Shown piece by piece: positions 24,179-33,607 of a stretch of 64,000 bases of DNA. This stretch comes from Lachnospiraceae bacterium (GTDB lineage: Bacteria > Bacillota > Clostridia > Lachnospirales > Lachnospiraceae). Location of the stretch: NCBI GenBank assembly GCA_015056815.1, contig SVFN01000028.1, positions 399 to 64,398 of the forward strand, read 5' to 3'. The notes below the pieces were generated by a model. It saw nothing but the letters and a program-made list of their open reading frames with translations, was not told where the DNA came from and did not search any database. Position numbers and translations under genes: made by a program. Within the stretch, counting starts at the first letter, position 1; every line of letters starts with the position of its first letter.

Positions 24179-25561
24179 ATGCAGGAGACATATGTACGGG
24201 TGGCAGATGACGGAAGTCGCGCATGGTTGTATCTTGTGCCAAAGATGAATTCAGAGAGCTATACGAAACAGGAACTGATAGAAATCCTGCGCAAAAATGG
24301 CATTGTTGCCGGATTGAACAGCTCCAATCTGGCAGCCATGGCGAAAAAAAAGGTTTACGAACGCGAAATCTGTGTGGCCAACCGGGTCGAGCCTATCCTT
24401 GGCAAAGACGGCTATTATGAATATGCTTTTGAGGAGCATTACAGGAGGGTGCCTCAGATCCGTGAGGATGGTTCCGTAGATTATACCGGCTTTGGACTGT
24501 TTCAGCAGGTACGTAAAGGAACCGTTCTTGCGAGGTATCATAGAGCGGAACCGGGAAAGAATGGACAGGATATCTGGGGGAATGTTGTTAAAGTTCCTCC
24601 GGTCAAGGATCTGGCACCCTTAAGAGGGCAGGGCGTGGTTGCTTCCAGGACAGAAAAGGATGTTTATGAAGCAGGGTGTGATGGCAAGGTTGATTTTGAA
24701 AACGGCGTTCTGAAAGTTTTGGATGTCCTGGTAATGTCGCAGGACATCGATCGCAATGATGGTGTGGTTGAGTTTGAGGGAGACCTTGTGATCATGGGCA
24801 ATGTGGAAGCCGGATCTGTTGTGCGTGCAGGCAGGACTCTGACGGTTAACGGTACTGTGGAGGGAGCCAAGCTGACAGCAGGCGGAGATATTGTTTTGAG
24901 ACGTGGCATTACAGGAGGATATAAGGCTAAGATACGATCCCGCGGTAATGTTTTTGCGGATTTCATCGAGCAGGCAGAACTGGAAACGCGCGGAAATGTT
25001 GAGGCAAATTCGATCATCAATTCCATGATCAGTGCGGATGGCAAGGTGATCCTGACAGGAAAGCAGGGAATACTGTATGGCGGGTATACTCATGCCGGAC
25101 AGGGAATCACCTGCAAGCAGCTTGGGAATGATGCAGAGATCAAAACACAGGTACATGCCGGCTGCTTAAGCGAGACGATGGATCAGTATGCTACAAAGCG
25201 CAAGGATATCGTTGCACTTCAGAAGAAGTACAAAGTGCTTGCGCAACAGTCTGCAGAGATGGCGGAACTGGTGAAGATGGCCGAAGGCAATGTGGATGAC
25301 AGTATGACGGAGATGATCCGTGATCAGCTTGAAATGATCGCACAGATCAAGCAGAAGATTGAGAAAGAGCAGGAAGCGTTTGCACGGCTGCAGCGTCTGA
25401 CCAAACAGTCCAAAAATGCAGTGATACGCGTGGAGGGTAAGATCTTTATGGGGGTAACGATTGCCATCAACGATGTGAAAATGCAGGTGGATAAAAATAA
25501 CAGTTATATGGAATACCGGAATATTTCCGGCATGCTTGCCTCGAATGTTATTGCAGTTTAG
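24179..25561 (+). CDS. FapA/DUF342-family protein
   Basis: The N-terminal region (RAWLYLVP...ELIEILRKNGIVAGL) is followed by a beta-helix-like repeat run (VEFEGDLVIMGNVEAGSVVRAGRTLTVNGTVEGAKLTAGGDIVLRRGI..) and a C-terminal coiled coil, as in DUF342 proteins. Confidence 0.7.
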   Translation: MQETYVRVADDGSRAWLYLVPKMNSESYTKQELIEILRKNGIVAGLNSSNLAAMAKKKVYEREICVANRVEPILGKDGYYEYAFEEHYRRVPQIREDGSVDYTGFGLFQQVRKGTVLARYHRAEPGKNGQDIWGNVVKVPPVKDLAPLRGQGVVASRTEKDVYEAGCDGKVDFENGVLKVLDVLVMSQDIDRNDGVVEFEGDLVIMGNVEAGSVVRAGRTLTVNGTVEGAKLTAGGDIVLRRGITGGYKAKIRSRGNVFADFIEQAELETRGNVEANSIINSMISADGKVILTGKQGILYGGYTHAGQGITCKQLGNDAEIKTQVHAGCLSETMDQYATKRKDIVALQKKYKVLAQQSAEMAELVKMAEGNVDDSMTEMIRDQLEMIAQIKQKIEKEQEAFARLQRLTKQSKNAVIRVEGKIFMGVTIAINDVKMQVDKNNSYMEYRNISGMLASNVIAV

Positions 25562-25596
25562 AAAACGGGGATAGTAATGATCAAAAGGATTCGGAT

Positions 25597-26928
25597 ATGA
25601 TACAGATTCAAAATGCTTCCATCTATCAAGAGGTGGAAGCATATATTTATGATATACCCAAATTTACAAAAAAAAACAGTCTTTCCCATACGCAGGAACT
25701 GTTGAAAAAGCTTGGAGATCCGGCTATGCAGATCCCGGTGATCCATGTGGCAGGAACCAATGGGAAAGGATCGGTGTGTGCGTTTCTGGAATCCCTGTTT
25801 CGGGAACGGGGAATGAAAACGGGAATGTTTACTTCACCGCATCTTGTGTCGATGTGTGAACGTATCAGGATCGATGGAACCTGTGTGACACAGGAACGCT
25901 TTTGTGAGGCGTTCCGGAATGTTTACCGGATCGTGGAAAACAGGAAACAGACGGATCCGGGGTTTCCCAGTCCCACTTTTTTTGAGACGCTGTTTTTGAT
26001 GGCAATGGTTGTGTTTGAGAAAGAAAAACCGGATATCATCATTCTGGAGACAGGACTTGGCGGAAGAAAGGATGCCACGAATGTGGTGTCCCCCACGGTA
26101 ACAGTCATTGCGGAAATCGGGCTGGATCATTGTGAGTATCTGGGAGATACAAAAGAAAAGATCGCCGGGGAAAAAGCCGGGATCATCAAAGAGGGGATCC
26201 CTGTCGTGTTTGCCGAAAGAGAGAAGGAGACGGCGGACGTGATAAGAAGCGTCGCGAAGCAAAAAAAGGCTTCCGTATTTCCGATTGGAAAAAAAGAGTA
26301 TCGTGTCGAAAAAAGCAATCAAAAATACGTTGATTTTTCTTTCCATTCTAGGTATTATAATTATGTTGGTTTTACATTGCCGACTTCCGCAGTGTATCAG
26401 GCAGAGAATGCTTCTTTGGCACTCAGGGCATATGAGGTGTTTTGTAAAGATGAGACCGGTACACCGGAGGAGATGCAAAAAGCACTTTGGAAGACGAAAT
26501 GGGCCGGACGCATGGAAGAGGTGCTCCCTCATATCTATGTGGACGGGGCACATAATACGGACGGGATCCTTGCATTTTTGGATACGGTCAGAGCGCATGG
26601 GAATCAGACAAAGAATTACCTGATCTTTGCTGTGATGGCGGATAAAGAATATCAGGAGATGATCAGACTGTTGGCCGGTTCCGGATTATTTCAAGAGATA
26701 CTGATCACCGGGCTGGCACAGAAGCGGGCACTTCCGACAGACACCGTGCGGGAGGTGTTTGCCGGCTATGCGCATGTAAGAGTGAAGGAATTTGAGACGC
26801 CGATGGCTGCACTTAAGTATGTAAGTGATCGAAAAGACAAAGAGGATTATCTGTATATTGCAGGTTCTTTATATTTGGCGGGCGATATGCTGCCCTTGTT
26901 GAAGGAGAATTTTTATGATCAATTTTGA
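25597..26928 (+). CDS. folC: Folylpolyglutamate synthase / dihydrofolate synthase
   Basis: Mur-ligase P-loop HVAGTNGKGSV. Length and position immediately after valS match the classic Firmicutes valS-folC synteny. Confidence 0.92.
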   Translation: MIQIQNASIYQEVEAYIYDIPKFTKKNSLSHTQELLKKLGDPAMQIPVIHVAGTNGKGSVCAFLESLFRERGMKTGMFTSPHLVSMCERIRIDGTCVTQERFCEAFRNVYRIVENRKQTDPGFPSPTFFETLFLMAMVVFEKEKPDIIILETGLGGRKDATNVVSPTVTVIAEIGLDHCEYLGDTKEKIAGEKAGIIKEGIPVVFAEREKETADVIRSVAKQKKASVFPIGKKEYRVEKSNQKYVDFSFHSRYYNYVGFTLPTSAVYQAENASLALRAYEVFCKDETGTPEEMQKALWKTKWAGRMEEVLPHIYVDGAHNTDGILAFLDTVRAHGNQTKNYLIFAVMADKEYQEMIRLLAGSGLFQEILITGLAQKRALPTDTVREVFAGYAHVRVKEFETPMAALKYVSDRKDKEDYLYIAGSLYLAGDMLPLLKENFYDQF

Positions 26929-27064
26929 GGAAGAATTAAAGAAGTTTCATCCAAGCCTGGAGATTGAAGATGCGGAAGATGCGATCTACAATCATGATCT
27001 GACAGATATGGCAGATGTATTGATCGGCATGATACGGGAAGCTAAAAATTCGGAAGAACAGTAG
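26915..27064 (+). CDS. Small acidic hypothetical protein (49 aa), not in the ORF track
   Basis: The ATG at 26915 overlaps the folC stop. GAAGGAG lies 8 nt upstream. Product: MINFEEELKKFHPSLEIEDAEDAIYNHDLTDMADVLIGMIREAKNSEEQ. Confidence 0.5.
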   Translation: MINFEEELKKFHPSLEIEDAEDAIYNHDLTDMADVLIGMIREAKNSEEQ

Positions 27065-27080
27065 ACGGGACGGACACGAA

Positions 27081-28481
27081 ATGAAATGTTATAAATGTGG
27101 TGGAGAATTGTCGGAAAAAGACTTCTGCACAAGATGCGGAGCTGATGTCGGCGTATATAAAAAGATCATCTATGCTTCGAATATCTATTATAATGACGGA
27201 CTTGCAAAAGCCGGCGTCAGGGATTTGTCCGGTGCGATCGTCAGTTTAAAACAGAGTCTGAAATTTAATAAGAATAATATTGAGGCGCGCAATCTGCTGG
27301 GACTTGTTTATTATGAGATGGGAGAGGTGGTCGCTGCCCTGTCGGAGTGGGTGATCAGTAAGAACCTGCGTCCCAAAAAGAATATCGCTGATGATTATAT
27401 CAATGATCTTCAGGATAATCCGAGCAGATTGGATCAGATCAACCAAACGGTCAAAAAGTACAATCAGGCTTTGGCTTATTGCTACAATGAAAGCTATGAT
27501 CTCGCACTCATACAGCTGAAAGGTGTATTAAAGCTGAACCCACGTTTCGTGCAGGCACATCAGCTTATGGCACTTTTACATATCAATAATGAAGACTGGG
27601 AGAAAGCACGTAAGGAGCTGAATCGTTGTATCAGGGTTGATGCCAACAATACCATGACGCTTCGCTATCTCAAAGAAGTCGAACAACAGCTTGAAACAGA
27701 TGAGGCAGTAAGCGGACAGGGGCGAAAGAAGAAAACGATCGCAGAGGAAGCAGTGGTATATCAGAGCGGGAACGAGACGATCATTCAGCCGCTGAATGTG
27801 AAAGAGCCGATCCGCTCCAGCGCATTTCTGAATATCATGATCGGATTGCTGATCGGTCTGGGCGTCGGTTTTTTCCTGATCGCTCCGGCACGTACGAAAC
27901 AGTCTCAGGAGGACAGTGCGAAGGAGATCCGTCAGATCAGCGAGAATCTGGATGCCAAAACTGCTGAGATAACAGAATATGTTTCCAGGGTAAAGGCATT
28001 GGAAGACGAGAATGCAGCCTTACAGGATGAGATAGAAGGCTATACAGGAGCAGATGGACAGATTCATACCGTGGATTCTCTGATGGAAGTCGCAAAGGCG
28101 TATCTGGAGACACCGGAGGAATATGAAAAGTTAGGAGATATGCTTTACGGAGTCAACGTGGATTATGTACAGAATGAGGCTTCCGAAGCATATAAGCATT
28201 TATACTATGGACTGATGGAAAAGGTCGGAACGCAGATCGCGGGGAAATTGTATGAGGCGGGCGTGGAAGCACTGCATCAGAGCGATTATACGACAGCGAT
28301 CGAAAAGCTGGAGAAGGCATGGTTTTTTGACCAGACTAACGGGGAAAGCCTGTATCAGCTTGCACAGGCATACCGGATGTCAGATAACGAGGAGAAAGCA
28401 AAAGAAACTTATGAGAAAGTGGTTGAGCTGTTCCCCGATTCAACCATCTCTAAAAATGCACAGGAGTATCTTGAAGAATAA
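27081..28481 (+). CDS. Zinc-ribbon / TPR-repeat membrane protein
   Basis: N-terminal CYKCGGEL..CTRCGA zinc ribbon. TPR-like repeats before and after a single TM segment (FLNIMIGLLIGLGVGFFLIAP). A coiled-coil segment is present. Confidence 0.65.
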   Translation: MKCYKCGGELSEKDFCTRCGADVGVYKKIIYASNIYYNDGLAKAGVRDLSGAIVSLKQSLKFNKNNIEARNLLGLVYYEMGEVVAALSEWVISKNLRPKKNIADDYINDLQDNPSRLDQINQTVKKYNQALAYCYNESYDLALIQLKGVLKLNPRFVQAHQLMALLHINNEDWEKARKELNRCIRVDANNTMTLRYLKEVEQQLETDEAVSGQGRKKKTIAEEAVVYQSGNETIIQPLNVKEPIRSSAFLNIMIGLLIGLGVGFFLIAPARTKQSQEDSAKEIRQISENLDAKTAEITEYVSRVKALEDENAALQDEIEGYTGADGQIHTVDSLMEVAKAYLETPEEYEKLGDMLYGVNVDYVQNEASEAYKHLYYGLMEKVGTQIAGKLYEAGVEALHQSDYTTAIEKLEKAWFFDQTNGESLYQLAQAYRMSDNEEKAKETYEKVVELFPDSTISKNAQEYLEE

Positions 28482-28487
28482 AACTAC

Positions 28488-28518
28488 GAAGGAGGACATG
28501 AAAGTGTCTTCCTTTTTT
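28488..28518 (+). terminator. Rho-independent terminator
   Basis: AAGGAGGACA pairs with TGTCTTCCTT (one G-U pair) across a 6-nt loop, followed by T7. Confidence 0.7.
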
Positions 28519-28547
28519 TGTCGCAATCGAATAGAAGGAGTGAGGGT

Positions 28548-28889
28548 ATGGAGGAAAATATAGTGATCAAAGAGGACACTCTGATCATCAGACTGCCGGC
28601 AGAGGTGGATCAGTATCAGACTGAAAAAATAAGGATCAGAGCAGATGAGCTGTTGAGAGCTCCGGTTATTGAAAACGTTGTGTTTGATTTTGAAAAGACA
28701 GAGTTTATGGATAGTTCCGGAATCGGACTGATCGCAGGGCGGCTTGAGAAAACAGCCTGCTTTGGAGGCAAAATGATGATCATCAATGCATCTGCAAGGG
28801 TGAAAAAGATCCTTGAAATGTCAGGACTTGGATGTCTGATCACGGACGGGAATAGAATGGACAAAGGAGTCATAAGCTATGAGAAATGA
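28548..28889 (+). CDS. spoIIAA: Anti-sigma-F factor antagonist (STAS domain)
   Basis: STAS fold with the conserved phosphorylatable Ser context FMDSSGIGLI. It lies upstream of spoIIAB-sigF. GAAGGAG RBS before MEENIVIK. Confidence 0.88.
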   Translation: MEENIVIKEDTLIIRLPAEVDQYQTEKIRIRADELLRAPVIENVVFDFEKTEFMDSSGIGLIAGRLEKTACFGGKMMIINASARVKKILEMSGLGCLITDGNRMDKGVISYEK

Positions 28890-29349
28890 GATGAAACTGG
28901 AATTTAGTGCTTTTCCGCAAAATGAAGCATTTGCACGAGTGGCGGTGGCTGCGTTTATGACCGGACTGGATCCGACCATAGAGCAGATGGAGGATGTCAA
29001 AACCGCTGTGAGCGAAGCGGTGACAAACTGTATCATTCATGGATATGAGATCACACAGGAGGAGCTTGAGAAAAACGAGGCAAAAGCAAGGGAGTCAAAA
29101 GTGATGCTTTTGATGAGCATCGAGCGGGATGAAATAAGGATTTGTGTCAAAGATGAAGGGATTGGAATCGAAAATATCAGGCAGGCAATGGAGCCTATGT
29201 ATACTTCAAAGCCTCACCTGGAACGTTCCGGTATGGGATTTGCTTTTATGGAGGCCTTTATGGATGGATTGGAGGTGCATTCGGTACCGGGACAGGGAAC
29301 GACCGTAAGTATGCACAAACAGATCGCGAAAGAGGAAGGGGAGGAGTGA
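28879..29349 (+). CDS. spoIIAB: Anti-sigma-F factor (serine protein kinase)
   Basis: GHKL ATPase motifs EAVTNCIIHG, DEGIGI and SGMGFAFM. The start overlaps the spoIIAA stop. Confidence 0.92.
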   Translation: MRNEMKLEFSAFPQNEAFARVAVAAFMTGLDPTIEQMEDVKTAVSEAVTNCIIHGYEITQEELEKNEAKARESKVMLLMSIERDEIRICVKDEGIGIENIRQAMEPMYTSKPHLERSGMGFAFMEAFMDGLEVHSVPGQGTTVSMHKQIAKEEGEE

Positions 29350-29353
29350 AAAA

Positions 29354-30100
29354 ATGGCAGTACCGGTGGCAGATGAGAAGACACAGGTACCGAATGAAGA
29401 AACTTCCAAAATACAGAAACAAAGAGAAAGGATACGCCTGGCACAGTCGGGCGAAAAAGAGGAAAGGGACCGGTTTGTGGAGGAGAACATGGGACTGGTA
29501 TGTCATGTGGCGCGCAGGTTCTTAAACAGAGGGTATGATCTGGAGGAATTGATCCAGGTCGGCTGCATCGGGCTGATCAAAGCAGTACAGAAATTTGATG
29601 TCCGGTATGAAGTCTGTTTTTCAACTTATGCAGTCTGTCTGATCCAGGGAGAAATCCGCCGCTTTATCCGGGATGGCGGTCTGGTGAAAGTAGGCAGGAC
29701 CGTGAAGGAAAACGGAGCCAGGATCATGCGAGGGAGAGAGAAACTGTTGCAAAAATCAGGGAGAGAGCCGACAATCCGGGAATTACGGGAAGAGACGGGA
29801 CTTACGGAAGAAGAAATCCTGTTGGCAATGGAAGCAAATGCCGAGGTGGATTCCATTGACCGGGAAAACTTTAATACTGCGTTTTGCAAGACTGCAGCAC
29901 AACAGGATAAAGTGCTGGATCATGTGATGTTGTCGCAGATTTTGAACGGGCTTTCCGGAAGGGACAGGCATCTGATCCTTCTGCGCTATCAAGAGGGACT
30001 TACCCAGGCAGAGACAGGAAAGCGCCTGCAGATGTCTCAGGTACAGATCAGCAGGCAGGAAAAGAAAATCCTCACACTTTTACGGAAAAAATTAGAATGA
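29354..30100 (+). CDS. sigF: Sporulation sigma factor F
   Basis: Sigma-70 regions 2-4 (NMGLVCHVARRF.., GCIGLIKAVQKFD, YAVCLIQGEIRRFIRD, GLTQAETGKRLQMSQVQISRQEKKIL). Third gene of the spoIIA operon. Confidence 0.93.
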   Translation: MAVPVADEKTQVPNEETSKIQKQRERIRLAQSGEKEERDRFVEENMGLVCHVARRFLNRGYDLEELIQVGCIGLIKAVQKFDVRYEVCFSTYAVCLIQGEIRRFIRDGGLVKVGRTVKENGARIMRGREKLLQKSGREPTIRELREETGLTEEEILLAMEANAEVDSIDRENFNTAFCKTAAQQDKVLDHVMLSQILNGLSGRDRHLILLRYQEGLTQAETGKRLQMSQVQISRQEKKILTLLRKKLE

Positions 30101-30208
30101 ATGGAAATTATTTTGTAGATATGTTACAATATTTACATCTGTATAAGACGATTTGAAAGTACAATGGGACAGGATGCATTGAGGCGCAGAAGACAGGGGT
30201 AGCAACAT

Positions 30209-33200
30209 ATGAAAAGCAAGTCAGAACAGGTTATATATTCCAGATATTATTTTACCGCAGATACATTTCAGATCCTTCGGATAGATGAGCAGTTTACAAA
30301 CATGCTCGGCTACACGATGGAGGATATCAAAGAACATCAGTATTCGCTGTATGATCTGATCCCGGAGGAGGATCTGGAGGATTATGCGGCGATGGTCAAA
30401 AAGCAGACAGCGCAGACGAACATGGCATATATCTGGCATCGCATGAAATGTAAAGACGGCAGTTGTGTGTTTGTATTTTGCTTTGGGGAGATCCTAAAGG
30501 ATCAGGAGAGCGGTGAAGGCATTGTTGCATGTCTGATCACAGACACGACTTCTTTAAAAAATCTGCAGAAAGAAGTGCTGGAAAAAAATGAACTGCTGAA
30601 GCTGTGTGTGGAAGAAAAATCCGAGAAGATTTTTGACTATGATGTGGAGAAGGATGTGTTTTCTTCTTTTGAAATGCTGGGAGGTCAGTTGTGTGAGACC
30701 AGAAGCGTCAAAGGTTTCCGATACCAGCAAAAAGGGCGGTCCATGATCCATCCGGAAGACCGTGAGAGGATGGTGGAGGAATTCAAAAAAGCACAGCAGA
30801 AGAAGCATGAAAAGTTTCATGTCGAGTTCAGGGAACTAAATGAAGAAGGCGGCTATACCTGGCAGAGATGCTATGGTGTGGGACTGGAAGACGGAGACGG
30901 AAAAGTATACCGGATCGTAGGAAAAACACAGGATATTTCCGAGGAAAAACTGCGTGAACAGGAATTGAAACAACGGGCGGAGATGGACACTCTGACGGGT
31001 ATTTACAATCACAGTGCCATGATGAAGCATGTCTGTGCAGATGTGGCGCTGGACCTGGAAGGCAACTGCGCTTTTCTGATCCTGGATCTGGACGATTTTA
31101 AAATGGTGAATGATGCATGGGGACATGAGGGCGGTGATGCTCTCCTGTCCGATACCGGTAAGATGCTCAGAGCTTATATACAGGGAAACGGTATGGCCGG
31201 ACGTATCGGCGGCGATGTTTTTGTACTTTTTTTCCGCCATGTATCAGGGAAAAGTGATATGGAACGGCATATGTCACTTTTGCGCGACAAGATCAGGAGC
31301 TTGTCTGACAAGATGTTCATTTCGGCTTCGATCGGTGCTGCCGTTTCTCCCAGAGTTTCTGTGGATGTGGACCGATTGTATAAAGAAGCTGATCAGGCAT
31401 TATATGCTGCAAAACGATATGGCGGAAACAAAGAGATCGTGTTTGACAGGGAGGCAATCGATGAAGAACGGCGCAAACACAGAGACAGCAGCGTGTATGT
31501 TGAAGAACAGGATATGGTTTTGAATGAGATGGCGGAACGCGTCTATGTCATGGATATCGAGACCTATGAAATGCTTTTTATGAACAGGCCTCTCTACGAG
31601 GAGATCGAACAGATGAAAGGGGAATTTGACTGGCGCAACCGTCCCTGCTATGAGATCCTTTATGACCGGACGAGTCCCTGCGATTTCTGTAATATCCATC
31701 GGCTCAAAAAACATGAAAGCCTTTACTGGCAGAGACGAAGTCAGCTCAATCATCGCCAGTATGTTTGCAAGGACACACTCATCGACTGGCAGGGCAGACG
31801 TGCAAAGATGGAGATCGTATACAATGTGACCACGACTACCGATATGCTTCAGGTTCTGGAGAAAACATTGGGTTCTATTGATACACTAAAGATGTGCATC
31901 AGGCAGGTGACAGATACCGGGGCGTTTCGCTATTCGTTTCGCAAACTTCTGCGTTTTGTATGTAAATACTATGGAGCAGAGCGCAGCAGTATCTATGAGG
32001 AAAGAGAAGATGGAGAGCTGATCACGCACTTTTGGGAAAATGACAGTTTGGCGGGGAGTCTGCCCCGGATCGATGATGATGTTGTTAAAAAGGATATCTA
32101 TCATGCGATTCAGAAATATTCCAATAAGCAGGGAATCCTGATCCTTGACAATATTGTTGCCAATGAGCATAAGGCACCGGAAATCGTTGATATTTTAAAG
32201 AAAGCAAAAATCTGGACAGTTTATTCGATCCTGCTCAAAAGAGGGGATAAAAAGCTTGGCTGCCTGTCAGTGGTCAATCCCAAGCAGCATGTGGGAGATA
32301 TTTTGCTGATCTCAACACTGGCCTCTTTCCTGGCAAATGAGATCGTGCGCAATCAGATCAATGCCCAACAGGAGTATGAACTGACACATGACCCGCACAC
32401 CGGCGTGAATAATTTCGGTTCGTATATGAATAAGATCGCAGCCCAGCTGGATATTCATTCCGCCGGACTGGCCGTTGCGGATGTCAACAATATGAAGCAG
32501 ATCAACAATGATTTTGGTCTGGAATATGGAAACAGGATGGTATCAGAGGTAGCTCAGATTCTGCAAAAGAGTTTTGGAGCAGAAAATGTATATCGTTTTC
32601 ACGGCGATAAATTCACAGTGCTGTGCATGGATGAGGATCGCAATACCTTTGCGGGACATGTGGAGATGGCAAGGCAGCTTCTGGCACAGCATGAGGTTGG
32701 TGCGTGTGTCGGATATGTCTGGGATGATTACGACATGGACTTTCCCAAGATGATGGAACATGCGGAAGACCTGCTAAGGATTGAGAAACGGCGCTTTCAT
32801 GAGAGCAGGGAATCTGCACCGCGTTATCGCAGGCTGGAACTGTCTGACGAGATACAAAAACAGATCACGGGGGGATTTTTTCAGGTTTATCTGCAGCCAA
32901 AGATCTGCATGACAGATGGCAGCATCTATGGTGCGGAAGCCTTGATACGTGCGAATCACCCGGAAAAAGGGATCATCCCTCCGGCAAAGTTTATCCCGAC
33001 ACTGGAAAAAACAGGAACCATTGATCACATAGATTTCTTTGTATTCGAAGAGGTATGTAAGCTTCTGGCAAAATGGCAGAAGGAGAAGATAGCATTACTC
33101 CCGATTTCTTTTAACTTTTCCAGGCTGACTCTGCTGCAGCCGAATCTGATCGCAAGAGTGGAAGACATCGTTGAAAAATATCAGGTTCCCAAGCGTTTTC

Positions 33201-33607
33201 TGGAGATCGAGATCACAGAGTCTATCGGGGATCTCGAGTATGATATGATCGCCAGTATCGCCTATGGTCTCAGACAGGCAGGATACCGTCTTTCCATGGA
33301 CGATTTCGGAACGAAGTATTCCAGTATTTCCGCGTTGTCGATCATGAAATTTGATATCCTCAAGATTGATCGCAGCATGGTAAATACTCTGGCTGATAAT
33401 GAGATCAGCCGTAAGGTCATGAATCATGTGATCGCGATGTGTCAGGATCTGGGGATCGAATGCATTGCAGAAGGTGTGGAGACACAGGAACAGGCGGAGC
33501 TTTTGCAGAATATGGACTGCGCGATCGCCCAGGGATATCTTTATGGAAAACCTATGCCGATCGGACAGTTTGCTCAAATGTATCTCTCGTCTTTCTCAAA
33601 AAACTGA
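30209..33607 (+). CDS. Multidomain c-di-GMP signalling protein: PAS-PAS-GGDEF(GGDVF)-Cys-rich PAS-like-GAF-degenerate GGDEF-EAL
   Basis: First cyclase-like domain has RIGGDVFVLFF. The second is degenerate (FHGDKFTVL). The EAL domain has YGAEALIR, EITES, DDFGTKYS and EGVETQEQ. A Cys motif CYEILYDRTSPCDFC lies between the domains. Confidence 0.85.
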   Translation: MKSKSEQVIYSRYYFTADTFQILRIDEQFTNMLGYTMEDIKEHQYSLYDLIPEEDLEDYAAMVKKQTAQTNMAYIWHRMKCKDGSCVFVFCFGEILKDQESGEGIVACLITDTTSLKNLQKEVLEKNELLKLCVEEKSEKIFDYDVEKDVFSSFEMLGGQLCETRSVKGFRYQQKGRSMIHPEDRERMVEEFKKAQQKKHEKFHVEFRELNEEGGYTWQRCYGVGLEDGDGKVYRIVGKTQDISEEKLREQELKQRAEMDTLTGIYNHSAMMKHVCADVALDLEGNCAFLILDLDDFKMVNDAWGHEGGDALLSDTGKMLRAYIQGNGMAGRIGGDVFVLFFRHVSGKSDMERHMSLLRDKIRSLSDKMFISASIGAAVSPRVSVDVDRLYKEADQALYAAKRYGGNKEIVFDREAIDEERRKHRDSSVYVEEQDMVLNEMAERVYVMDIETYEMLFMNRPLYEEIEQMKGEFDWRNRPCYEILYDRTSPCDFCNIHRLKKHESLYWQRRSQLNHRQYVCKDTLIDWQGRRAKMEIVYNVTTTTDMLQVLEKTLGSIDTLKMCIRQVTDTGAFRYSFRKLLRFVCKYYGAERSSIYEEREDGELITHFWENDSLAGSLPRIDDDVVKKDIYHAIQKYSNKQGILILDNIVANEHKAPEIVDILKKAKIWTVYSILLKRGDKKLGCLSVVNPKQHVGDILLISTLASFLANEIVRNQINAQQEYELTHDPHTGVNNFGSYMNKIAAQLDIHSAGLAVADVNNMKQINNDFGLEYGNRMVSEVAQILQKSFGAENVYRFHGDKFTVLCMDEDRNTFAGHVEMARQLLAQHEVGACVGYVWDDYDMDFPKMMEHAEDLLRIEKRRFHESRESAPRYRRLELSDEIQKQITGGFFQVYLQPKICMTDGSIYGAEALIRANHPEKGIIPPAKFIPTLEKTGTIDHIDFFVFEEVCKLLAKWQKEKIALLPISFNFSRLTLLQPNLIARVEDIVEKYQVPKRFLEIEITESIGDLEYDMIASIAYGLRQAGYRLSMDDFGTKYSSISALSIMKFDILKIDRSMVNTLADNEISRKVMNHVIAMCQDLGIECIAEGVETQEQAELLQNMDCAIAQGYLYGKPMPIGQFAQMYLSSFSKN

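Noticed and set aside
28450-28532. Sigma-H promoter for spoIIAA (ACAGGAGTA ... GAAGAAT, and ATCGAAT)
   Set aside because: The AGGA-type -35 and the GAAT-type -10 candidates are only 4 nt apart rather than 11-12 nt. The second GAAT has no AGGA element at the right distance.
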